A DNA stretch of 51,865 nt from Gaiellaceae bacterium. Lineage in GTDB: Bacteria; Actinomycetota; Thermoleophilia; Gaiellales; Gaiellaceae. The position numbers were made by a program, and so were the translations under genes. The stretch spans positions 1 through 51,865 of the forward strand of contig DASTBX010000078.1 of NCBI GenBank assembly GCA_035711645.1. The letters run 5' to 3'. The notes under the pieces were generated by a model. It searched no databases and had not been told where the DNA came from. It saw nothing but the letters and a program-made list of their open reading frames with translations. The stretch's first letter is position 1, and each line of letters starts with the position of its first letter. Shown in pieces: positions 1-8,706 of this stretch.

Positions 1-1
1 G

Positions 2-601
2 GGGAAGAACCTCGTGCTCGGGTTCGAGGGCGGGCTCGTCCTCCGCAGCCACCTGCGCATGCGCGGCCGCTGGCGCGTGCAGCCCGCCGGCACGGAGCCG
101 TTCGGCACGCCCTGGCTCGTCCTCCGCGGCCGCGAGCGCCAGGCGATCCTCTGGAACGGGCCCCTGCTCGAGCTGACGCGAGGTCGCTCGCCGGCCGTCG
201 CCCGCCTCGGCCCGGATGTCATGAGCGACCCGCCCGACGTGGACGCGATGCTCTCGCGCCTCCGCGATGCCGAGCAGCGGCGCGAGGTCGGGGACGCGCT
301 CCTCGACCAGCGGCTCGTCGCGGGGATCGGGAACATGTGGAAGGCCGAGGCGCTCTTCGAGGCCGGGATGTCGCCGTGGCGGACTCTCGCCGAGCTTTCG
401 GATGAGGAGCTTCGCCGGGTCCTCGTCGCCGTCACAACCCTCATGCAGGGGCCCCGCGGACCGCGCCGCGTCTACCGTCGCGCCGGCCGGCCGTGCCTCC
501 GCTGCGGGACGACGGTGCGCTCGCGTCCGCAGGGCGACACCGTCCGCACGGCGTACTGGTGCCCGGGCTGCCAGGCAGGAACGGCGCCCCCCGGGGCGTA
601 A
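2..601 (+). CDS. Fpg/Nei-family DNA glycosylase, C-terminal part (5' end lies outside the window)
   Basis: Open in frame from the window edge. H2TH-type motif LLDQRLVAGIGNMWKAEALF and C-terminal Cys4 zinc finger CLRCG...YWCPGCQ. Confidence 0.85.
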   Translation, partial: GKNLVLGFEGGLVLRSHLRMRGRWRVQPAGTEPFGTPWLVLRGRERQAILWNGPLLELTRGRSPAVARLGPDVMSDPPDVDAMLSRLRDAEQRREVGDALLDQRLVAGIGNMWKAEALFEAGMSPWRTLAELSDEELRRVLVAVTTLMQGPRGPRRVYRRAGRPCLRCGTTVRSRPQGDTVRTAYWCPGCQAGTAPPGA

Positions 602-610
602 CCGTTCCGC

Positions 611-1909
611 GTGTCCGGCCTGCCCTTCGACCAGCGGCCCCCGGGCGGGGGTCCGGCGCGAGCTCCGCGCTCGCCGGGACTCTTCACCGCGCTCCGCGCC
701 TTCTGCCTCGGGTCGTTCTTCGACCTGGGGCTCGAGCTCGAGCGCGGCGCCGACATCCCGGTCGCCCTCGAGGAGCACGGAGGGCCGAACCGCCCGACGC
801 TCTACGAGTACCGACCGCTCGTCGGCTCGTTCGTCGAGGAGCGCGGGCGCCGCCTCATCGCCCGGGACGACGCGCGCGACGCCCTCGTCGCGCTGAAGGA
901 CGAGCCCGCCGCCGGCATCTTCGCGAGCGCGCACGCGGACGAGCGGGTCGGTGAGGACGAAGCGCTGCGGCGGACGATCCTCCTCCCGCTCCTCGTGCGG
1001 ACGGCGGAGGCCTGCGGCGGCTTCGACTGGGACGACGCCGCCTTCGAGCAGGCGTACGCGGAGCTCGAGCGGTCGCTCTACGGCGACCGGCGCGCGTACA
1101 CGGCGATCGCTCCGGTCGTCGGCCTGACGGCCGGCGGCACGATCGAGCTCGGACGCGGCGTGCGCGTCCGCCCCGCCGTGGCCGGCGAGCTGACCGCCTC
1201 GTGGCCGGACGCGGGCCGGCTGCTCCCGCGCGACTGGGGCCGCGAGGTCGACCGTACGCTCGTGCTCGAGCTCGAGGACGATCTCGACGCGCAGGCGTGC
1301 CGGGTGCCCGACTCCCCGGCCGAGTTCGGCCGCGCCGTGAGCGCGCTGCGGCTCGGGACGCCGGGAGGCATCGCGGCGGGCCCCGTCGTCTTCGAGCGCC
1401 TCGACTGGCGGCCGTACGGCGTGCGGCCCATGCCGGCGACGGCGGCGCAGCTCCCGCCCGGGGAGCCGACGCGCCTCGACCCTTTCCGTGCGCCCCTCGT
1501 CGTCCAGCTGCAGACGCGTCTCGCGGAGGCGCCCGACGACCTGCTGGAGGCGCTCGACCGCTGGGAGCTGGCCCTGTTCCACGCTGGCGCGCACCGTTCG
1601 GACGAGCTGCGTGAGGCCCTCGAGGCGCTCCTCGGCTCCGACGAGGGCCCGTGGGCCGCGGCGATGCGCGCCGCCGTCCTCCTCGGCGAGACGGCGCGCG
1701 AGCGCGAGGAGCTGCTCGTCTCCCTGCGAGCCCTCCTCGACGGCGACGGGCCGGGTGCGCGCGCCGAGGACGCGGTGCGGCGGGCGCTCGTCGAGACGCT
1801 GCTCGAGGGCTCGCGCGAGCGCCTCGTCTGGGCGCTCGACGAGGCGCTCCTCGGCCTGCGTCCCAGGCCGCAGGTGAGCTCGACCGCGCGCGTGCTCGCC
1901 GCGGGATGA
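611..1909 (+). CDS. hypothetical protein (432 aa)
   Basis: Long ORF with GTG start and near-uniform G/C at third codon positions. No motif recognised. Confidence 0.6.
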   Translation: MSGLPFDQRPPGGGPARAPRSPGLFTALRAFCLGSFFDLGLELERGADIPVALEEHGGPNRPTLYEYRPLVGSFVEERGRRLIARDDARDALVALKDEPAAGIFASAHADERVGEDEALRRTILLPLLVRTAEACGGFDWDDAAFEQAYAELERSLYGDRRAYTAIAPVVGLTAGGTIELGRGVRVRPAVAGELTASWPDAGRLLPRDWGREVDRTLVLELEDDLDAQACRVPDSPAEFGRAVSALRLGTPGGIAAGPVVFERLDWRPYGVRPMPATAAQLPPGEPTRLDPFRAPLVVQLQTRLAEAPDDLLEALDRWELALFHAGAHRSDELREALEALLGSDEGPWAAAMRAAVLLGETAREREELLVSLRALLDGDGPGARAEDAVRRALVETLLEGSRERLVWALDEALLGLRPRPQVSSTARVLAAG

Positions 1910-2133
1910 TCCCGAGCAGGGGGGAGCTCCTCCGCCGCCGCCGCTGCCGGCTCCTCGTCTTCGGCATGGTCCTCGGAGGCCTGCTCCCGGTCTTCCAGTG
2001 GAGCTGGATCACGCTCGCGATCGGCCTCGCAGGCATCGCGGCGCTCGCGGTCGTCTACCGCCGCGAATGCCGGCACGCCGGCGCGCAGGAGCCGGCACGG
2101 AACGACACACACACGCGCGCATCCGGGGACTAG
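1906..2133 (+). CDS. small membrane protein (75 aa, two hydrophobic segments)
   Basis: ATG 1906 overlaps the upstream stop (ATGA). Hydrophobic stretches LLVFGMVLGGLLPVF and ITLAIGLAGIAALAVV. High GC3. Confidence 0.5.
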   Translation: MIPSRGELLRRRRCRLLVFGMVLGGLLPVFQWSWITLAIGLAGIAALAVVYRRECRHAGAQEPARNDTHTRASGD

Positions 2134-2143
2134 CCTCGGAAGC

Positions 2144-2398
2144 GTGGACGAAGCACGCACGGTCATACGGAGGCTCGAGCGGATCGAGTCGCTGCGGGGC
2201 GGCGACGCACCGGCCGCCGAGCTGCTCGCAGAGGTGCGCCAGCTCCTGAGGGAGGGCGAGGCCTGGCTCGCCGTCGAGCGCGAAGGGGCCGGCGAGCGGA
2301 GCGCCGACGGGCGAGCGGTCGGTCCCGACCGGCGGATGGACGGTGCGGCCGCGGCCCTCGAGGGGTGCCGCTCGACGCTCGCTGCGGGAGAGGGGTGA
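2144..2398 (+). CDS. hypothetical small protein (84 aa)
   Basis: GTG-start ORF with mostly G/C third positions. No motif recognised. Confidence 0.4.
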   Translation: MDEARTVIRRLERIESLRGGDAPAAELLAEVRQLLREGEAWLAVEREGAGERSADGRAVGPDRRMDGAAAALEGCRSTLAAGEG

Positions 2399-2425
2399 GG
2401 CCCCGGGACGGCGGATTCGCATCCT

Positions 2426-2431
2426 TATAAT
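2426..2431 (+). promoter_or_regulatory. -10 box TATAAT, 9 nt before ATG 2441 (leaderless agmatinase mRNA likely)
   Basis: Perfect TATAAT in otherwise GC-rich DNA. No Shine-Dalgarno between the box and the start codon. Confidence 0.5.
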
Positions 2432-2440
2432 CGCGGCCCG

Positions 2441-3379
2441 ATGCCGCGTTACGGGCCTCCGGACGCCTTCGAGACGCCGCGGTTCTCCGGCCCGAGGACG
2501 TTCATGCGGCTCCCGCACGTCCGCGACCTTGAGGGTGTCGACGTGGCGATCGTCGGCATCCCGACCGACGGGGCGGTCGTCTTCCGGACCGGGGCCCGCT
2601 TCGGCCCGGAGGGCATCCGCAGCGCCTCGGTGATGCTGCGCAACTACAATCCGCTCCTCGGCGTGGACGTCGTCGACAAGCTCTCGCTCGTCGACTACGG
2701 GGACGTCCCGACCGTGCCGGGCTCGACCGAAGACTCGCTTGACCGCTCGGCGGCGGCCATCGCCGAGGTGGCGGGCGCCGGCGTCATGACGCTGTGCCTC
2801 GGCGGCGACCACACCGTGCTGCTCGCCGAGCTGCGTGCGCTGGCCGCCGTCCACGGGCCCCTGGCGCTCGTCCAGCTGGACTCCCACCACGACCTCTGGG
2901 ACGAGTACTTCGGCCAGAAGCTCTTCCACGGCAGCGTCGTGCGGCGGGCGCTCGAGGAGGGCCTGATCGACGCCGGGCGGACGGTGCAGGCCGGCCTGCG
3001 TGGCTCGCTCACCGAGGCGGGCGACGCCCGCCTGCCGACGGACTTCGGGATCGACGCGCTCACCTACGAGGAGCTCGCCGCGCTGGGCCCGGCGGCGTTC
3101 TCCCAGCGCGTCCGCGACCGGGTGGGTACGGCGCCCTGCTTCCTCTCCTTCGACATCGACTTCGTCGACCCGGCCTTCGCCCCGGGGACCGGGACGCCCG
3201 AGGTCGGAGGGCCGTCGAGCCGGGAGGCGCTCACGTACGTTCGTTCGCTCGCCGGGCTCGACTTTCGCGGCTTCGACTGCGTCGAGGTGTCGCCGCCCTA
3301 CGATCCGGCCGGCGTGACCGCCTTCGTAGCCGCCAACGCTTGCTTCGAGATGCTGTCGCTGCTCGCGCTCCGGCGCTAG
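2441..3379 (+). CDS. speB: agmatinase / ureohydrolase (arginase family)
   Basis: Arginase-family metal-binding motifs GGDHTV, DSHHD and SFDIDFVDPAFAPGTGTPEVGG. Confidence 0.9.
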   Translation: MPRYGPPDAFETPRFSGPRTFMRLPHVRDLEGVDVAIVGIPTDGAVVFRTGARFGPEGIRSASVMLRNYNPLLGVDVVDKLSLVDYGDVPTVPGSTEDSLDRSAAAIAEVAGAGVMTLCLGGDHTVLLAELRALAAVHGPLALVQLDSHHDLWDEYFGQKLFHGSVVRRALEEGLIDAGRTVQAGLRGSLTEAGDARLPTDFGIDALTYEELAALGPAAFSQRVRDRVGTAPCFLSFDIDFVDPAFAPGTGTPEVGGPSSREALTYVRSLAGLDFRGFDCVEVSPPYDPAGVTAFVAANACFEMLSLLALRR

Positions 3380-3455
3380 GCCGCGGCGGGCGCGGAGTGC
3401 CCCCAGCCCGCATTCCAAGCCGGATTGCGGAGCATGTCGCCGAGAAGGATTGTGC

Positions 3456-3461
3456 TACCCT
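3456..3461 (+). promoter_or_regulatory. candidate -10 box TACCCT (preceded by TGc) upstream of the ParA-like gene
   Basis: tgtgcTACCCT is followed by SD AGGAG (3472-3476) and ATG 3483. Confidence 0.35.
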
Positions 3462-3482
3462 GGCACGAAACAGGAGCCCTCC

Positions 3483-4313
3483 ATGGGCCTTTCCGGAATC
3501 CTCTCCCGCTCCTCGAAGCGGGCATCCTCACAGGGAGCAAAGCTGGGTCAGGTCATCGCGCTCGCCAACCAGAAGGGCGGCGTGGCGAAGACGACGACGA
3601 CGCTCAACCTCGCCGTCGCCTTCCAGGAACAGGGATTCAACGTCCTCGGCGTCGACCTCGACCCGCAGGGCAACCTGACCATGAGCCAGGGGATGGACCC
3701 GGACACGGTCGACCGCTCGATGTTCGACGTGCTCGTCCACAGCCTCCCGATCGACGAGGTCATCCACCGCACGGAGATCGACCTCGCCGTGTCGTCCATC
3801 GACCTCGCCGGGGCCGAGCTCGCCCTCTCGAGCATGATCGGCCGCGAGCGCGCGCTCCAGAAGGCGCTGCTCCCGGTGCGCAGCCGCTACGACTACGTGC
3901 TCGTCGACACGCCGCCCTCCCTCGGGCTGCTGACGATCAACGCGCTGACGGCCTCCGACAGCGTCATCGTGCCGGTCCAGTGCGAGTACCTCTCGCTGCG
4001 CGGGCTCGTCCAGCTCGAGAACACGCTCTCGATGATCCGCGAGAACCTCAACCCGACCGTCGAGATCCGCGGCATCCTGCCCACCATGTACGACGGGCGG
4101 ACGCTCCACTCCAAGGAAGCCGTCGAGATGCTGAAGGAGAACTTCGGGGAGCTCGTCTTCGACACGCGCATTCGCAAGACTGTCCGCTACGCCGAGGCGC
4201 CCGTGCAGGGCAGCTCGGTGCTGAAGTACGACCCGTCGGGGACGGCCGCCCAGGCCTACCGGGAGCTCGCAAAGGAGGTGCTCGATGGCGCGACGCCGCG
4301 CGAGCATGCGTGA
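3483..4313 (+). CDS. ParA/Soj/MinD-family P-loop ATPase (orphan; no parB adjacent)
   Basis: Deviant Walker A NQKGGVAKTTT and Walker B-like YDYVLVDTPP. SD AGGAG lies 6 nt before ATG 3483; the ORF is open from 3450. Confidence 0.9.
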   Translation: MGLSGILSRSSKRASSQGAKLGQVIALANQKGGVAKTTTTLNLAVAFQEQGFNVLGVDLDPQGNLTMSQGMDPDTVDRSMFDVLVHSLPIDEVIHRTEIDLAVSSIDLAGAELALSSMIGRERALQKALLPVRSRYDYVLVDTPPSLGLLTINALTASDSVIVPVQCEYLSLRGLVQLENTLSMIRENLNPTVEIRGILPTMYDGRTLHSKEAVEMLKENFGELVFDTRIRKTVRYAEAPVQGSSVLKYDPSGTAAQAYRELAKEVLDGATPREHA

Positions 4314-5778
4314 GGGCCCGCTCGCCGAGCTCTTCAAGGCGACCGAGGCGGCACAGCGACAGGCGGAGCGGGAGCAGGTCGGCGAGGGCGAGGCCGCATC
4401 CGGCTCGCAGCTCCCGATCGAGGAGGCGCCGACGGTCGAGTCCGCCGCGCCGTCCGAAGCCCCGGTCGACCGGGCCGGTGACGAGCGCCCACCGGCGGCG
4501 GAGACGCCCTCGCCCACGACCGGCTCGGACCCGGGCGCCCCACCGGAGCCGCTCGCGCGGGAGGATCGGTCAGAGGCCGCCGGCCCCGCGCCACCCGCTC
4601 TCGAGCCGGAGCGTGCGCCGAAGCCGTCGCGCACCGTTCCGGAGTCCCGTCCAGAACCGCGCCCCGAGCGCCCCTACGCCGCTCCGGAGGAGCGCCGGGC
4701 GGAGCCCGTCCGGCGGCTCGTCGAGCCGGCGCCGCGCATGCGGACGACGCCGAGGCCCGACTCGGCCGCCTATCTTGCGGTCATCCGCGTCGTCGGGGTC
4801 GGCGGCGCCGACCTCAACGCCGTCAACCGCATGATCGAGGCGGGCATCTCGCAGGTCGAGTTCATCGCGGTCAACACCGACATCCAGCAGCTGAAGCAGT
4901 GCGAGGCGCCGATCAAGCTCCACATCGGCCGCGAGCTGACGCAGGGGCTCGGTTCCGGCGCCGATCCCGAGGTCGGCCGCCGCGCCGCCGAGGAGGCGGA
5001 GGACCAGATCAAACACGTCCTGCGCGGCTCGGACATGGTCTTCGTCACGGCCGGCGAGGGCGGCGGCACCGGCTCCGGCGCCGCCCCGATCGTCGCGCGC
5101 CTGGCGCGGGACGTCGGCGCGCTCACGGTCGGCATCGTGACGATGCCGTTCCGCTTCGAGGGAACCCGGCGCCGCTCGCAGGCCGATGCGGGGGTCGACG
5201 CCCTTCGCGAGGTCTGCGACACGGTCATCCTCATCCCGAACGACCGCCTGCTCGAGGTGCTCGACCGCCAGACGTCGATGCTCGACGCTTTCCGGATCGC
5301 CGACGACGTCCTCCGTCAGGGCGTCCAGGGCATCTGCGACCTGATCACGATGCCCGGCCTCATCAACCTCGACTTCGCCGACGTCCGCACGATCATGAGC
5401 AACGCCGGCTCGGCGCTCATGGGAATCGGCTTCGCCACCGGCGACAACCGCGCCGCCGAGGCCGCCGAGCGGGCGCTGCGGTCGCCGCTCATCGACACCG
5501 AGCTCGTCGGCGCCCGCGGGATCCTGCTCTCGATCGCGGGCGGCGAGGACCTGACGCTCCTCGAGGTGAACGAGGCCGCCGAGGTGATCCGCCGCGGCGC
5601 GACCGAGGACACGAACATCATCTTCGGCGCCACGATCGACGAGCGCCTCGCGGGCCAGGTGTGGGTGACGGTGATCGCGACGGGGATCGGCACGCCGGCG
5701 CCTGCCGGCTCCCGCGACGCCGCGGCGCCGAGCGAGCCCGACCCGCTCGAGCCGCCGAGCTTTCTCAGCGACCTGTAG
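4285..5778 (+). CDS. ftsZ: cell-division GTPase FtsZ with a long N-terminal extension
   Basis: GGGTGSG tubulin signature, T7 loop NLDFADVRT and C-terminal peptide DPLEPPSFLSDL. The frame stays codon-biased from 4285. The canonical-length start would be ATG 4738. Confidence 0.9.
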   Translation: MARRRASMREGPLAELFKATEAAQRQAEREQVGEGEAASGSQLPIEEAPTVESAAPSEAPVDRAGDERPPAAETPSPTTGSDPGAPPEPLAREDRSEAAGPAPPALEPERAPKPSRTVPESRPEPRPERPYAAPEERRAEPVRRLVEPAPRMRTTPRPDSAAYLAVIRVVGVGGADLNAVNRMIEAGISQVEFIAVNTDIQQLKQCEAPIKLHIGRELTQGLGSGADPEVGRRAAEEAEDQIKHVLRGSDMVFVTAGEGGGTGSGAAPIVARLARDVGALTVGIVTMPFRFEGTRRRSQADAGVDALREVCDTVILIPNDRLLEVLDRQTSMLDAFRIADDVLRQGVQGICDLITMPGLINLDFADVRTIMSNAGSALMGIGFATGDNRAAEAAERALRSPLIDTELVGARGILLSIAGGEDLTLLEVNEAAEVIRRGATEDTNIIFGATIDERLAGQVWVTVIATGIGTPAPAGSRDAAAPSEPDPLEPPSFLSDL

Positions 5779-5790
5779 AGCGTCGTCGCC

Positions 5791-6192
5791 GTGGACACGA
5801 GCGCCGCGGCGCGGGCCTGGGTCGACGCGTGGAGCCGCGCGTGGCCGGCCGCCGACCCCGGGCCCCTCGCGGCGGTCTACGCGGAGGACGCCGTCTTCCG
5901 CTCGCACCCCTTCCGCGAGGAGCACGAGGGCCGCGAGGGCGTGCTCGCCTACGCCAGCTGGGCGTTCGCCGACCAGGAGGGCTTCGGGGGCTGCTCCTTC
6001 GGCGAGCCGCTCGTCTCCGGCGACCGGGCGACGGTGGAGTACTGGGCGGTCGTCGTCGAGCAGGGCCGGGAGGTGACGATCGCCGGCGTCGCGCTGCTCC
6101 GCTTCGGGCCGGACGGTCTCGTCCGCTCGCAGCGGGACTACTGGGCCGTCGAGCCGGGCGCTCGCACGGCGCCGGAGGGCTGGGGCCGCTGA
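5791..6192 (+). CDS. SnoaL/NTF2-like fold protein (133 aa)
   Basis: Size and pattern (AWVDAWSRAW...LYAEDAVF...) resemble the SnoaL-like polyketide cyclase / NTF2 superfamily. This is a weak family call. Confidence 0.55.
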   Translation: MDTSAAARAWVDAWSRAWPAADPGPLAAVYAEDAVFRSHPFREEHEGREGVLAYASWAFADQEGFGGCSFGEPLVSGDRATVEYWAVVVEQGREVTIAGVALLRFGPDGLVRSQRDYWAVEPGARTAPEGWGR

Positions 6193-6313
6193 TGGACTCG
6201 GCCGAGCCGCGCCGGCTCGCGCGCGACGAGATCGGCGCGCTCCGCGACCTGGGCGAGTGACCGGGCCGTGAGCGGCGTCCGCCGGCCGGGCGGCGCGCCC
6301 GCGGGCCCGGGAG

Positions 6314-6319
6314 TACCCT
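6314..6319 (+). promoter_or_regulatory. candidate -10 box TACCCT, 7 nt before ATG 6327
   Basis: TANNNT hexamer directly ahead of the start codon, with no SD. Confidence 0.35.
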
Positions 6320-6326
6320 CTTCGGC

Positions 6327-7892
6327 ATGAAGGGTGCCGTAGCCGCCGGCCACCCGCTGACCGCCGCGGCGGGCGCGAGGATCCTCGAGGAGGGCGGAAA
6401 CGCGGTCGACGCCTGCGTCGCGGCCGCCTTCGTCTCCTGGGTCGCCGAGAGCCCGCTGACCGGGCCCGGCGCGGGCGGCTTCATCCTCGTCCACCGGGCC
6501 CGCGACCGGAGCGACCGCGTCCTCGACTTCTTCGCCGCCGCGCCCGGCCGCGGCCTCGGGACCGACGCGGGCGCCGAGATGGCCGCGGTCGACGTCGCGT
6601 TCGACGCCCGGGCGACCCAGGTCTTCCTCGTCGGCCCTGCGTCGTGCGCCGTGCCCGGCGCCCCCGCCGGCCTCGCCCTCGCCCATCGGCGCTACGGCAG
6701 GCTCCCGTGGGCGGAGTTGCTCGTGCCCGCCGTCGAGGTCGCCCGCAACGGCCTCGAGCTGAACGCCGCGCAGGCGTTCCTCCACCGCATCCTCGATCCG
6801 ATCCTGCGCCGGGAGGAGACGGGACGCGGGGTGTACGGCGACGAGCGGCCGCTCGAGGAAGGAGACCCGCTGCGGATGAGCGAGCTCGCCGGGACGCTGG
6901 AGCTGCTCGCCGCCGAGGGCGTCGAGACGATGTATCGCGGCGAGCTGGCGTGGCGGACGAGCGAGTCGGTGCGGGAGCGGGGCGGCCGGATCACCGAGGC
7001 GGACCTCGCCGAGTATCGCGTCATCCAGCGACGGCCCGTACGCGCGCGGTACCGCGGGGTCGAGTTCGTCTCCAACCCGCCGCCGTCCTCCGGCGGGCTC
7101 CTGGTCGCGTTCGCGCTGCGCATCCTCGATGGGCTCGGCACGCCGGCGCCGAGCGGGACGGCCGAGGCGATCGCCGCGCTCACCGAGGCGATGCGCGAGG
7201 CCGCCCGGGTGCGGGGCGGCGGCTTCCTGACGGAGCTCTACCGCGGCGGCGCTCCCGGCCGGATCCTCTCGGACGAGCACGTCGCGACGGCCGTGGAGGC
7301 GATCCGCGGCCGGATCCCACATTCAGGGCGGGAGCCGGCGGGCTCTCCGTCCACGACCCACATCAGCGTCGTGGACGCGAGGGGAAACGCGGCGTCGCTC
7401 TCCGCCTCGACCGGGTGCGGCTCGGGCTTCTTCGTGCCCGGGACGGGCATCCAGCTCAACAACATGCTCGGCGAGGCCGACCTCACCGCCGAGGGCCGGC
7501 TCGCACGACCGGGGGAACGGCTGACGAGCATGATGGCGCCGTCCCTCGTCCTCGCGGGCGGCCGCCCGCGGCTCGTCGTCGGAAGTGCGGGGTCGATCCG
7601 CCTGCGCGGCGCCGTCCTGCAGACCGTCCTCAACGTCGTCGACCACCGCATGAGCGTCGACGAGGCGCTCGCCGCGCCTCGCGTCCACCTCGAGGGCGAC
7701 GTGCTCCAGCTCGAGGGCGGTTTCGATCCGGACGCCGCCGACCGGCTCGAGCGACGCGGCTACCCCGTCGTCCGCTGGTCGGAGCGAAACCTCTACTTCG
7801 GCGGCGCGGCCGCCGTCGCGTTCCGCGAGGACGGCGGACTCGAGGCGGCGGGCGACCCACGGCGCAGCGGCGCCGGCGTGGTCGTCTCGTGA
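6327..7892 (+). CDS. ggt: gamma-glutamyltranspeptidase
   Basis: N-terminal GHPLTAAAGARILEEGGNAVDA and autoprocessing/nucleophile site STTHISVVDARGNA. Length 521 aa. Confidence 0.9.
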   Translation: MKGAVAAGHPLTAAAGARILEEGGNAVDACVAAAFVSWVAESPLTGPGAGGFILVHRARDRSDRVLDFFAAAPGRGLGTDAGAEMAAVDVAFDARATQVFLVGPASCAVPGAPAGLALAHRRYGRLPWAELLVPAVEVARNGLELNAAQAFLHRILDPILRREETGRGVYGDERPLEEGDPLRMSELAGTLELLAAEGVETMYRGELAWRTSESVRERGGRITEADLAEYRVIQRRPVRARYRGVEFVSNPPPSSGGLLVAFALRILDGLGTPAPSGTAEAIAALTEAMREAARVRGGGFLTELYRGGAPGRILSDEHVATAVEAIRGRIPHSGREPAGSPSTTHISVVDARGNAASLSASTGCGSGFFVPGTGIQLNNMLGEADLTAEGRLARPGERLTSMMAPSLVLAGGRPRLVVGSAGSIRLRGAVLQTVLNVVDHRMSVDEALAAPRVHLEGDVLQLEGGFDPDAADRLERRGYPVVRWSERNLYFGGAAAVAFREDGGLEAAGDPRRSGAGVVVS

Positions 7893-8395
7893 CGCGGTTC
7901 CTCGTTCGCCGCGCCGTGCCGGGGGACGCCTCCGCGCTCGTCGATCTCGCGCGCGCGGTCGGCTCCGAGGCGGGAGGCTGGCTGATCACGGACGGCGACT
8001 GGCGCAGCCCGTCCGAGGAGCGCCGCTACCTGCGGGCCGTGCGTCGCCATCCGCACGCCGCGGTGCTCGTCGCCGAGACGCCGGACGGCGTCGTCGGCCG
8101 GCTCTCGGTCGCCCGCGACCCGCACCCGGCAAGCGAGCACGTCGCCGACCTGGGGGTGATGGTCGCCAGAGAGCACCGCCGGCGCGGGATCGGCCGGGCG
8201 TTGATGACCGCGGCCGAGGACTGGGCGCGCGAGGTGGGCGTCCGCAAGCTCGAGCTGCACGTCTTCCCCTCCAACGAGGCGGCGCTCGCCCTCTACGAGA
8301 GCCTCGGCTACGAGCGCGAGGGCTTCCGGCGGGCGCACTACCGCCGCGGCGACGAGTTCCTCGACGCGATCCTGATGGCGAAGGAGATCCGCTGA
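7889..8395 (+). CDS. GNAT-family N-acetyltransferase
   Basis: Acetyl-CoA binding motif RRRGIGRALM and ALYESLGYEREG. GTG 7889 overlaps the ggt stop (GTGA). Confidence 0.85.
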   Translation: MTRFLVRRAVPGDASALVDLARAVGSEAGGWLITDGDWRSPSEERRYLRAVRRHPHAAVLVAETPDGVVGRLSVARDPHPASEHVADLGVMVAREHRRRGIGRALMTAAEDWAREVGVRKLELHVFPSNEAALALYESLGYEREGFRRAHYRRGDEFLDAILMAKEIR

Positions 8396-8706
8396 GCCGG
8401 GCCGCCGCGACCGCGGTCCTGCTGGCGCTCGCGGCCGGCTGCGGCGGCGGGGCGGAGGAGGGCGAGCGCGACCGGGCCATCGCGGCGGCGCAAGAGGCCT
8501 ACGCCGAGGCGCGGGCCGAGGGCGTGGACTTCGCCGCCGGACCCTGTCTGGGCGTCGTCGTCGAGGGCTGGGTCGCCGACGTCGCCCACGACCCGCGCGA
8601 GGCGGTCGACGACCGCCCCGAGAACCAGTGCGAGGCTTACCGCTCGGGCGAGGCCGACCACTTCGTCGAGCTCGATCCCGCCGGGCAGGTGATCCGGGCC
8701 GAATGA
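8392..8706 (+). CDS. small lipoprotein; start codon uncertain (no ATG/GTG/TTG before the signal peptide)
   Basis: In-frame lipobox signal peptide SRAAATAVLLALAAGC lies upstream of the first GTG (8524). High GC3 from 8392 onward. CTG 8392 overlaps the upstream stop. Confidence 0.5.
   Translation: MSRAAATAVLLALAAGCGGGAEEGERDRAIAAAQEAYAEARAEGVDFAAGPCLGVVVEGWVADVAHDPREAVDDRPENQCEAYRSGEADHFVELDPAGQVIRAE

Noticed and set aside
855-2036. Long Arg/Pro/Gly/Ala-rich ORFs in alternative frames or antisense to motif-bearing genes. Examples: 855-2036(-), 2009-3418(-), 8637-10622(-), 41818-44607(-), 30960-32072(+), 49990-51765(-), and the upstream parts of 16107-18818(-) and 22080-24539(-).
   Set aside because: They overlap genes with clear catalytic motifs. 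They have the Arg/Pro/Gly-rich composition typical of off-frame translation of GC-rich coding DNA. They lack any recognisable domain, so I treat them as shadow ORFs.
6192-6260. A 22-codon ORF (MDSAEPRRLARDEIGALRDLGE) overlapping the stop of the SnoaL-like gene by 1 nt.
   Set aside because: It is too short to evaluate. High GC3 is expected by chance in this genome, and it lies in the frame of a long shadow ORF.
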